Source of the DNA: Patescibacteria group bacterium | Lineage (GTDB): Bacteria; Patescibacteriota; Minisyncoccia; Phycocordibacterales; JBBTRF01 | Direction: 5' to 3' | Length of the DNA stretch: 64,000 bases | NCBI GenBank assembly: GCA_038065315.1 | Contig: JBBTRF010000001.1 | Coordinates: forward strand, 161,642 to 225,641 | The notes under the pieces: model-generated | The model's input: only the letters and a program-made list of their open reading frames with translations | Told to the model about the DNA's origin: nothing | Databases searched by the model: none | Position numbers and translations under genes: made by a program | Shown: positions 48,950-56,593 of the stretch, piece by piece | Position numbering within the stretch: the stretch's first letter is position 1 | Layout: each line of letters begins with the position of its first letter

Positions 48950-49606
48950 TTATTTCCCAGGAAACAGCCCGCAAACACTGCGCACAACCACCACCAACAC
49001 CGCCCCAGATACATCCATCAGCATATCTTTCTGCGCATCCCAAATATCTCCCTGCGAGCCGAGAAAGGCGGCACCGGCCTCACCACCATAAATCGCCGCA
49101 TAGCCCCACTCGATCCATTCATAGAAGACGGCGACAAAAGCGATGGCGAATACGGCGTAGGTGTTGGCGAGCCACTGTTTTGCCACCAAGCCACGCATCA
49201 CGAGATATTCAATGATCGGTAGCGCGTAGAAGCCCACAACAAAGTGGCCGATCCGATCGAACATATTGCGCTCGTAGCCAAAAAAATCGTTGAACCAGTC
49301 GAACGGCACGAGTTCAAAGGTGTAGTGCCCACCGATCGTGTGCCAGAACGGCAGGATGAACATCAGGACGTAGGCGGTGCTGGAGAAGCGGATGTTTCTG
49401 ATATAGAGAACCGTGATGAAGATGACGAGTGCGAGGATCGGCCCGTTTTCAACATACCAGACGGCACGGGAGTATGGGTGGATACCAGCGACGATGAATT
49501 CGATGGTGTAGGCGGCGAGGAGAGTATGTGGGAGGTATTTTTTGAGCATAGATACATTATACAACAAAAAAAATCTGCTTTCGCGGATTTCTTTTTTGGA
49601 CATCAC
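48950..49606 (-). CDS. Multi-pass membrane protein, hypothetical (YjdF/DUF2238-like composition)
   Basis: About six TM helices rich in Trp/Tyr/Phe; no catalytic motif. Confidence 0.5.
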   Translation of the reverse strand: MMSKKEIRESRFFLLYNVSMLKKYLPHTLLAAYTIEFIVAGIHPYSRAVWYVENGPILALVIFITVLYIRNIRFSSTAYVLMFILPFWHTIGGHYTFELVPFDWFNDFFGYERNMFDRIGHFVVGFYALPIIEYLVMRGLVAKQWLANTYAVFAIAFVAVFYEWIEWGYAAIYGGEAGAAFLGSQGDIWDAQKDMLMDVSGAVLVVVVRSVCGLFPGK

Positions 49607-49622
49607 GATATTTGATTTTATA

Positions 49623-49865
49623 CTAGTTTATATAACCCGCGTCTTTCATTTTGCCAAAAAATGTAAGTAGGAAGAAAATCAGAAATATGACTAGAGCAGC
49701 AAATTCTGGACTATGATCCAACCGAAATCCCAACCATATTAATACCCAACCCAACAGATAGGTCAATATTGGCGAAATAACTGTAAGAGAATACATCACC
49801 GCATAATTACAGCACGGGGTCTTTGAGTTTTTCATTTTATTATTTCTAATTTTCTTTCTACACAA
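49623..49865 (-). CDS. Small two-TM membrane protein, hypothetical (island)
   Basis: 80-aa ORF; hydrophobic helices VISPILTYLLGWVLIWLGF and AALVIFLIFFLLTFF; followed on the minus strand by a hairpin plus T-run (49568-49600). Confidence 0.4.
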   Translation of the reverse strand: MCRKKIRNNKMKNSKTPCCNYAVMYSLTVISPILTYLLGWVLIWLGFRLDHSPEFAALVIFLIFFLLTFFGKMKDAGYIN

Positions 49866-50167
49866 TCCCTAATCCATATATCATCATTAATGAAATTACC
49901 ACTATCATCCACATAGCCTTTATTCTTAAGACCGATCATAATTAATTCTGGTGATAAAGTAGACTTATCGAAAAATTTGATATCCTCCTCCTTTTCCTCT
50001 CTGCATTCTTTCTGAAGAGTAAGTTTTAAATTCACTAGATTTTCACCATCTTGCTTTTCAATCATATATTTTTGTTTACTAACTTCTGTAGAATAATAGA
50101 AACCACCCAATATACATGCTGCAATTATAATTCTCCAAGATACTGGTAGTTTATTTAATTTATTCAT
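49832..50167 (-). CDS. Small secreted/lipoprotein-like hypothetical (island)
   Basis: Signal segment with a lipobox-like IAAC; Glu/Lys-rich mature region. Confidence 0.4.
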   Translation of the reverse strand: MNKLNKLPVSWRIIIAACILGGFYYSTEVSKQKYMIEKQDGENLVNLKLTLQKECREEKEEDIKFFDKSTLSPELIMIGLKNKGYVDDSGNFINDDIWIRDCVERKLEIIK

Positions 50168-50295
50168 AGGAATTTTAGTTATTTAATACATGCCCTCTTA
50201 AACATTTTTCATAACTAGACTTATCTAACGTTGTTAGCCTATCAGTATCAGATCCTCTGAGAGTATTCGGGGGTAATTTTATACATTTAGTTTAA

Positions 50296-50796
50296 TTATA
50301 CGGCAGTTTGTTGTTTATGGTCCTGTTCTTCTTCATCTTTATTAACAAAATACTGTCCAAGTATTCTACTTCCGTACGTTGTTATCATTCCTACACATAA
50401 CCAGAAGAGGACGGTCCAAGATCCGTCAAATGCTGTGGCCAGTAATGACAAAGGTAGTATTCCTATTCCTGCAAACAATAAACCTACTACAACCCAAAAA
50501 CCTCCCCAAATGATGTATGTAAACAACAGTGCCCTTAACCAGAGTTCCAAACCAAAAATATAAGAAGATATATACATTCCTAGTCCTGAATATCCACGAG
50601 TTTTTCTAACAAAACAAAGGGGCAGAAGAACGAGTAAGTTTACGAAGAAAAGAAAGCCAGAGATTATTTGTACTATGGGTAAGACTGTTGCGGTAAACCA
50701 AATTGCCCCCTTGAAAACTAGACCGATAATGAGACCGAATGCAACAATTATAACTACTCCCAACAAACCCGAAGACCATTCTTTTATTTTACTCAT
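50296..50796 (-). CDS. Multi-pass membrane protein, hypothetical (island)
   Basis: Five hydrophobic helices; start taken at MSKIKEWSSG. Confidence 0.45.
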   Translation of the reverse strand: MSKIKEWSSGLLGVVIIVAFGLIIGLVFKGAIWFTATVLPIVQIISGFLFFVNLLVLLPLCFVRKTRGYSGLGMYISSYIFGLELWLRALLFTYIIWGGFWVVVGLLFAGIGILPLSLLATAFDGSWTVLFWLCVGMITTYGSRILGQYFVNKDEEEQDHKQQTAV

Positions 50797-50797
50797 A

Positions 50798-51106
50798 TTA
50801 TTTTTTATTAGTTTTAATAAATAAGGACACAAAGAACAAAACCGCCCCGGTTACATCGAAAATCTGCCACATATCTTTTGAGAAATAAAATGGGAATATG
50901 GGGTTAAATAGTATCGCTAGAGCAATAAACAGCCACATAAAAACGGTCTTATGATTTTCAAAGTAACTAAAAGCAAGATAGGCACTGCAGATTGTTGTTA
51001 ACCAACGAGTTAGCTGATAGTAGGAGTATGGGTGGTCTCCTAATGCCCCAAGCAATGTCCCAAATGCGATTATCTTAAACCAATTTCCTTTGAGAGAGTT
51101 CTTCAT
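50798..51106 (-). CDS. Small three-TM membrane protein, hypothetical (island)
   Basis: 102 aa; tightly abuts the downstream membrane gene (stop/start 50796/50798). Confidence 0.45.
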   Translation of the reverse strand: MKNSLKGNWFKIIAFGTLLGALGDHPYSYYQLTRWLTTICSAYLAFSYFENHKTVFMWLFIALAILFNPIFPFYFSKDMWQIFDVTGAVLFFVSLFIKTNKK

Positions 51107-51288
51107 ATAAAAGTTATATTTATGCTAATTTTACTCCACAAACCATAACCATACAATCAAGATTAAATTATGCAACAAAAAATCTGCTTACGAAGCTACG
51201 TTCTGCAATAAATCCCGCAACTTTTGAAAGTTTGAATCGCTCAAATCCTTCCTTAATTTTTTCTTTTGTCCATACATCATTCATATAT

Positions 51289-51807
51289 TTAAAAATTGCC
51301 TTCCATTATCTTTATTATTCTTTTTAGTATTGGCATGTTTGGAATGACAGCATCAAGAACACTCCTTGAAAAAAGTCTCTTACAGTCCCCATCAGTTAGA
51401 CTCCTTCTTCCGTTCAGGTGGTTACTCTGAAAGGACCGTTTACAGTCTGATGAAGATCGGTTTGCGTGATTTGTGGCTGGTTCGAGAACGGTCAAAAGCA
51501 GTCCTTCAATACAAGGACTGCTTCCAACCAATTCAAAACCCTTAACTTTTGCTTTATTTTTTACAGGACTTGTCCATTCACGATCTGTATCTAGCAATAT
51601 GAAAGAGTGGTTATATTTCAGATTACCTTTTACACGTAGCGCTTTTTCCAGAATGTATGACACATCTTTTCCTCCAGCATAATCTACTCTTACGCTGGTT
51701 TTGTTTACCGCATACAGCGATCGAATGTGCTTTAGGAAGATTCTTTCAGCTTCTCCCTCTCCAAAAGCAAACACTGTGGTTTTCTGTGCCCTAAGAGTTC
51801 TTGCCAT
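51289..51807 (-). CDS. DUF4276/RloB-like (TOPRIM-like) small protein; putative nuclease partner of the upstream ATPase
   Basis: TVFAFGEGEAERIFLKHIRSLY matches the family's h-h-h-EG-x-x-E-x-x-F N-terminal motif; ILLDTD matches the TOPRIM DxD. Start set at MARTLRAQK (51807), 4 nt after the ATPase stop; the ORF track's longer start would overlap by 70 nt. Confidence 0.5.
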   Translation of the reverse strand: MARTLRAQKTTVFAFGEGEAERIFLKHIRSLYAVNKTSVRVDYAGGKDVSYILEKALRVKGNLKYNHSFILLDTDREWTSPVKNKAKVKGFELVGSSPCIEGLLLTVLEPATNHANRSSSDCKRSFQSNHLNGRRSLTDGDCKRLFSRSVLDAVIPNMPILKRIIKIMEGNF

Positions 51808-51811
51808 AATT

Positions 51812-53002
51812 TTAAACCTTAGGAATAGCCCCGTAAGCCCCAGCCATATACTTAGCGTAGAAGTTGTCGTCTGCTCTGACACCTTTTACATCAGCCAAGT
51901 TCCAAGCCTCACTGATACCCTTATCATTCTTTTCGACCAAAATGATCTGCTGTTTATCTAATTTGTTTAGTATCTGCACACTGTGAGTGCTGAACAAAAG
52001 CTGTGCTTTATTTGGATTGTAGGTCTCTGAAGAGAACAAATTGATGATTTCTGGAATCATTAGTGGGTGAAGATCATTATCCATTTCATCTAGGACGGCA
52101 ACTCCACCACTTTGCAATACAACCAAGATGGTTCTAAGCAAGAAGAGAAGGTTCTGAGTTCCCCTAGATTCATACTGGAAAGAGAGAGAGTACTCCTTAC
52201 TTCCATCGATGTACTTGTGAGATCCTGTTGGAACATAGATAACCCTTTTGTCTGATGTCTCGACCTTCTGAATATTTATTTTTGCTAAACCTAGATCAAA
52301 CTTGCTTAGTATTTCTTCTGCTTTTGCTTTAATTTCGGGATTTTCCTGATAGTATTTTATTGCATCGGCGAGGCGTTCCATTGGGACTTTACCGCCCTCA
52401 AAAATGTTTGTCTGTATAGCACTGAGGTAGTTGGTAATTTCAATACTGTGCTTATGATTTATCTGGCGTGCTGTAGAAATAATTGAAGCGTTACTACGAG
52501 TAATTTGGGCAAAGTTTGCTGGAACATCAAACCTTTTAAAGTTGAAGTCGTATTCATTCTTTTCCTTATTCCATGACCTATCGAAGAGAATCTTGAACCT
52601 CTTTTCCTCTTTGATACTTAACTTCTCATTGATAATTTTCTTGGTGTTTAATTCAAGTTCGTATTTATATATCTTTTTGTTTGTTTCAAACTCAATATCA
52701 AAGAAGCTTGATCTTTTATCTGAGTCAGCACAGAACAAGAAGGGTTTGAATGCGATGTCTTTATCGGGGGTAAGAGCAGAGAATGAATCTACCACAAACC
52801 ACTTCATAAAAGCCAAACTTTTTAGAAGATTAGTTTTACCCGAAGCATTTGGTCCAACAAATGCCATAAATTTAGTGAGCTTATTCCCAAACTCATCAGT
52901 AAAATATGCATCCGTGTCAGGTGCATTTTTGTTGACCACCAGATCAATCTCGGCACCCTCCATAAAGGAGTAGAAGTTTTTGAATGATAGTTTGTGGATC
53001 AT
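51812..53002 (-). CDS. AAA/ABC-type ATPase of the AAA_15/AAA_21 (OLD/AbiLi/AriA-like) family
   Basis: Walker A GPNASGKTN near the N-terminus; split Walker B VAVLDEMD plus downstream LFSTHS (D-loop/H-loop) near the C-terminus; ABC-signature-like ESRGTQNLL; about 250-aa insertion between the Walker motifs. Confidence 0.65.
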   Translation of the reverse strand: MIHKLSFKNFYSFMEGAEIDLVVNKNAPDTDAYFTDEFGNKLTKFMAFVGPNASGKTNLLKSLAFMKWFVVDSFSALTPDKDIAFKPFLFCADSDKRSSFFDIEFETNKKIYKYELELNTKKIINEKLSIKEEKRFKILFDRSWNKEKNEYDFNFKRFDVPANFAQITRSNASIISTARQINHKHSIEITNYLSAIQTNIFEGGKVPMERLADAIKYYQENPEIKAKAEEILSKFDLGLAKINIQKVETSDKRVIYVPTGSHKYIDGSKEYSLSFQYESRGTQNLLFLLRTILVVLQSGGVAVLDEMDNDLHPLMIPEIINLFSSETYNPNKAQLLFSTHSVQILNKLDKQQIILVEKNDKGISEAWNLADVKGVRADDNFYAKYMAGAYGAIPKV

Positions 53003-53175
53003 GTGTTTGTTAGTACATTAATTACATTGTTATCCTAGCAGATTTAAGCACACTTTGCAAGCTTTTATACAAAATATTGTTTAAAATAGTTTAAAACATC
53101 CTATTTTAAGGCATTTTTGGCTAGATAAGATCTTTGTTCGGGAGCGATAAGGTGGATGTGCTGAGGCACATCCAC

Positions 53176-53532
53176 CTAGTTTCTGATTCGAGCATCAACA
53201 GTCTCGTAGATCTGCATATTACGTTTGCAGTTTTCGTCAAAATTACGCTGAATTTCTGCTGGTCCGATTTCTTCTCTCAGTGCCTCAAATTGCATGTACG
53301 CACTTAAGGTATAGATAGCAAGTTGCCAATCAATACCATTTGTCTGCGGACATTGATTGGCATATAATCCGTTTTTATCTTCGTACGCTGAGGAGTAAAA
53401 ATATAGAGGATTAATCTTGTCGGAAGACACTGATTTTTCTGCCGGTTTGAGTTTTAAAAAAAATACTGCTCCAAGGCAGACTAGTAAGACTATCGCTAAC
53501 ATTATATATTTGTATTGCTTAGTATTTTTCAC
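53176..53532 (-). CDS. Signal-anchored secreted hypothetical (island)
   Basis: IMLAIVLLVCLGAVFFL TM; Cys pair in the mature region; a 10-bp perfect hairpin GGTGGATGTGctgaggCACATCCACC overlaps its stop. Confidence 0.4.
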   Translation of the reverse strand: MKNTKQYKYIMLAIVLLVCLGAVFFLKLKPAEKSVSSDKINPLYFYSSAYEDKNGLYANQCPQTNGIDWQLAIYTLSAYMQFEALREEIGPAEIQRNFDENCKRNMQIYETVDARIRN

Positions 53533-53579
53533 AAATTGTGATTATTTAATATCATCTAAAAAATCTTTGATTTTATCAT

Positions 53580-54173
53580 TTACCTAATTTCAAAAGAATC
53601 AACGAATTTATCATAATTTGCTGGAGTAGCATTTTCACTTTCAACACTTAGCAAATATATCGTTTGGCCATTTAAAATTATTTTTCCTTTTATAAATGTT
53701 CCGAAGCTTTTTGTCTCCATTGAAAAATCAAGGGAATGATTACCTTTGAAATTTCCAGAGTCAGAAGAAATCAGACTATTTCCGCTATCCGTCTTCAGCA
53801 TATTACTTAGTGATCCTTTTAGAAGATTATCCGGGTTAGATACATCAATGGGAGAGGAATAAATAATTTTAGAAATCAGGAAAGCATACCCCGAAATTTT
53901 GGAGGTGTACATATCTTGGGTGTAACTCATGTTACTATCAGGAACTGGAAAATTGTAATTCTTGTGTTCAGGCTCGGAAGGAAGCGACACGTTAAAATCT
54001 GCACTCGGTGAACTATATGCAATCCAATAGTTATTTATATTTTGTTGAGTACTAGTACTATTTAAATGTCCAAATACAAAATATAGTAAGCCGACAACTA
54101 GAATTGCCCCGAAAATGGGAGAAAGATTAAAATCTTCTTTTTTCTCAATATTATTAATGTTTTCTTTTTCCAT
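53580..54173 (-). CDS. Signal-anchored secreted hypothetical (island)
   Basis: SPIFGAILVVGLLYFVFG TM; Ser/Asn-rich ectodomain. Confidence 0.4.
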   Translation of the reverse strand: MEKENINNIEKKEDFNLSPIFGAILVVGLLYFVFGHLNSTSTQQNINNYWIAYSSPSADFNVSLPSEPEHKNYNFPVPDSNMSYTQDMYTSKISGYAFLISKIIYSSPIDVSNPDNLLKGSLSNMLKTDSGNSLISSDSGNFKGNHSLDFSMETKSFGTFIKGKIILNGQTIYLLSVESENATPANYDKFVDSFEIR

Positions 54174-54174
54174 A

Positions 54175-54387
54175 TTATTTCTTCCTAAAATACTTTATTA
54201 AATCTGCAGTTCCCGTAATTAGGCCAATAATAATCAAGAGATTAAATATACCGACAGCGGCGCCTATCGTAGTTGAAGCCCCTCCCAGTAGGTTAGATAT
54301 GACATAGGCTACAATTCCTAGAGGAATTGCGTAATTCCACTTCCATATTTTTTTATCAAGGTCTTTTATGAATTTTTTATATTCCAT
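54175..54387 (-). CDS. Small two-TM membrane protein (island, adjacent to the tRNA 3' end)
   Basis: 70 aa; Gly-zipper-like GGASTTIGAAVG. Confidence 0.4.
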   Translation of the reverse strand: MEYKKFIKDLDKKIWKWNYAIPLGIVAYVISNLLGGASTTIGAAVGIFNLLIIIGLITGTADLIKYFRKK

Positions 54388-54400
54388 GCCGATGTTTCTT

Positions 54401-54476
54401 TGGTGGACCCTACAGGACTCGAACCTGCCACCCCCTCATTGCAAATGAGGTGCTCTACCAGATGAGCTAAGGGCCC
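54401..54476 (-). tRNA. tRNA-Ala (anticodon UGC), CCA encoded
   Basis: The minus-strand sequence GGGCCCTTAGCTCATCTGGTAGAGCACCTCATTTGCAATGAGGGGGTGGCAGGTTCGAGTCCTGTAGGGTCCACCA folds as a cloverleaf. It has a 7-bp acceptor stem with a G3:U70 alanine identity pair, D-loop AGCTCATCTGGTAGAGC, anticodon loop TTTGCAA and T-arm GGTTCGAGTCC. Confidence 0.9.
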
Positions 54477-54594
54477 GTCTTTCCAACCGTCGCATCATAC
54501 CAAAAAGAACCTAAAAAAACAACCAGTGGAATTAAAATATTTCCTAGGGGGACACTATACAAACATTTCAAAAAGTTGTATGGTTGATATATAA

Positions 54595-55554
54595 ATGAAA
54601 AAATTACTATTTGTATTCGTCGGTTTGTCAACTTTATTATTTTTATTTTCCGTAGTAAATCCTCTGTATGCCTATGTTTCTGTTAAAGGCTACTACAAAA
54701 GTAACGGCACTTATGTTGCACCCCACGTACGCAGTAGTCCAAATGGCTTGAAATCTGACAACTACAGTTATACTCCGAGCCAGGGTGCGTATAATAAAAC
54801 GTACGGCACGAGAGGTGCGGAATGGGACACCCCAACCTACATAACGGATCCTAGCTACTATCAAGGAAAGTCGTTGTATGAATCTGGGAATAATAATTAC
54901 GGAAGCTATTATCAATACCCGACCACACCCACCTGTCCGACGAATTCATATTACGACGGAGTATCTTCCTGTAAGTGCAATTATGGCTATATTGTGAACG
55001 GAGGAAGTTGTGTTAATGCTAATAATTATTGCTCAGGTCAGCTTGGGATAATGTCTCAGTATAATAGCTTGTTAAGTAGATGTGAGTGTATGAGCGGCTA
55101 TGAATACAATGGGTCGAGCTGTGCTTATAAAAGTACAAGCTATTCGAGTTCCTCTGGATATTCCGGAGCATCATCTTACGCTTGTCCAGCAAATTCACAC
55201 ACATCACTAACTGAACCGACAAAATGTGACTGTAATTCCGGATATCAAGTCAATTCAACAAGGACAGCCTGCGTTCTGCCAAATAATGCTTTGAATAACC
55301 AAACCTGTATAAATTCATACGGCGCATACAGTAATTGGGACGGTACAAAGACAGCCACAGGACTAATAAATTGCGCTTGTCAGGGTGGATATGATTGGAA
55401 TAATTCAAAGAGTACCTGCGTAGCAATCGTAGCCAAACCACAATATCAAAATGATGAGCTTATTGGAAAAAATTATTATTTAACCAATCGTACATGCGTC
55501 GGTCTTTCTGATAATCAATATTCCTATTGCATTGGCTACGCATACAACCACTAG
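54595..55554 (+). CDS. Secreted cysteine-rich repeat protein (C-x-C-x2-GY-x3-5-C modules, Tyr/Ser/Asn-rich)
   Basis: Signal peptide MKKLLFVFVGLSTLLFLFSVVNPLYA; at least four repeats (CKCNYGYIVNGGSC, CECMSGYEYNGSSC, CDCNSGYQVNSTRTAC, CACQGGYDWNNSKSTC); AT-rich codon usage like the island. Confidence 0.6.
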   Translation: MKKLLFVFVGLSTLLFLFSVVNPLYAYVSVKGYYKSNGTYVAPHVRSSPNGLKSDNYSYTPSQGAYNKTYGTRGAEWDTPTYITDPSYYQGKSLYESGNNNYGSYYQYPTTPTCPTNSYYDGVSSCKCNYGYIVNGGSCVNANNYCSGQLGIMSQYNSLLSRCECMSGYEYNGSSCAYKSTSYSSSSGYSGASSYACPANSHTSLTEPTKCDCNSGYQVNSTRTACVLPNNALNNQTCINSYGAYSNWDGTKTATGLINCACQGGYDWNNSKSTCVAIVAKPQYQNDELIGKNYYLTNRTCVGLSDNQYSYCIGYAYNH

Positions 55555-55555
55555 T

Positions 55556-56578
55556 TCAATACTTCCCCCTCGCCAACCCCACCAAATGCTCGACGAGCTC
55601 AGTCAGCCCAGAGCCCACCGCCTGCATCGCCCTGGGAAACAGCGAATGTTCGGTGAGGCCGGGAAGCGTATTCACTTCCAAAAAATACACGCCGCGGCGC
55701 GGGTGCACAATGAAATCCGAGCGGGAATAATGCTTCAGGCCGAGCGAACGATGTACTTCACGAGCCATGCGCTGAATCTCGGCACTCTCGGCCGCAGTGA
55801 AATTACCGGGACAGATCTCCTCGGACGCACCGCCGTATTTGGCTTCGTAGTCGAAGAAAGCGGACGCGCCGCCTTTCCGAATCTCCACCGGCGGCAAGAC
55901 ATAATGCTTCTCGCCACGGAAATGGTCGATCACCCCGCAAGTCGCCTCTTTGCCAGCGATGTATTCTTCGATTAACACCGTATCACCGTGCTCAAATGCC
56001 GAATGAATCGCCTTCTCCAACTGCTTGAGCGTTGAGACGATCGACACACCAATCGATGAACCCGCACTGGCCGGCTTTACCACAGCAGGATGAGGAAACG
56101 TTTTGAAAATCTCGGCTGCTCTTTTTGAAATATTTTGTATTTCTTCTTTTCGCAACACCAGATGCACCGCGGTTTTGATCTTCGAACCAGCGTGTTGGGT
56201 CGCATGATGCGCCAGATGCTTCTTCGTGAGCACTTTGTTCATCGCCATCGCGGAAGCCAGCGCTCCCGAGCCGGTGTAAGCGGCCTTGTATGTATCGAGC
56301 AATGTCTGAATCTTGCCGTCCTCACCGAACTCGCCGTGTAGCGCGTTGAAAATCACATCAACATGCTTCAGGATCTGCTCCGGCTTTTTTTCGACGCCGT
56401 CAAAATGCCATTTGCCGTCGCGAGTGATGAGAATATCGTGCACGCGATATTTCGAGGCTGGCAGATGCTTGATCACCGAACCGCCCGTCTTGAGCGACAC
56501 CGGATACTCAGAAGAGGTGCCGCCGCGAACAACGCCGACACGAATCTTTGAAGCTTGTGCATGCGAGCCTGCTGACAT
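55556..56578 (-). CDS. ddl: D-alanine--D-alanine ligase
   Basis: KIRVGVVRGGTSSEYPVSLKTG N-terminus; ATP-grasp motifs; 340 aa. Confidence 0.85.
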   Translation of the reverse strand: MSAGSHAQASKIRVGVVRGGTSSEYPVSLKTGGSVIKHLPASKYRVHDILITRDGKWHFDGVEKKPEQILKHVDVIFNALHGEFGEDGKIQTLLDTYKAAYTGSGALASAMAMNKVLTKKHLAHHATQHAGSKIKTAVHLVLRKEEIQNISKRAAEIFKTFPHPAVVKPASAGSSIGVSIVSTLKQLEKAIHSAFEHGDTVLIEEYIAGKEATCGVIDHFRGEKHYVLPPVEIRKGGASAFFDYEAKYGGASEEICPGNFTAAESAEIQRMAREVHRSLGLKHYSRSDFIVHPRRGVYFLEVNTLPGLTEHSLFPRAMQAVGSGLTELVEHLVGLARGKY

Positions 56579-56593
56579 GCAAATAGTATATCA

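Larger units (their letters stand above)
49607..55555. other. AT-rich putative horizontally acquired island (about 30-35% GC versus about 55% flanking) centred on tRNA-Ala
   Basis: Sharp drop in GC visible in sampled 60-mers (about 30% at 50.3 kb versus about 62% at 10.3 kb). Holds only small membrane/secreted hypotheticals, an ATPase plus TOPRIM-like pair, a tRNA and a Cys-rich secreted protein. No integrase or transposase seen. Confidence 0.55.

Noticed and set aside
49562-51194. Possible direct repeats CAACAAAAAA(AA)TCTGCTT(T/A)CG at 49562-49586 and 51172-51194 as att-like island boundaries
   Set aside because: Only about 19 of 21 identical, dominated by an A-run in AT-rich DNA, so chance similarity cannot be excluded. 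Neither matches the tRNA-Ala 3' end. Kept only as a note in the findings.
55532-55975. 147-aa plus-strand ORF overlapping ddl
   Set aside because: Antisense to ddl; R/H-rich shadow ORF.
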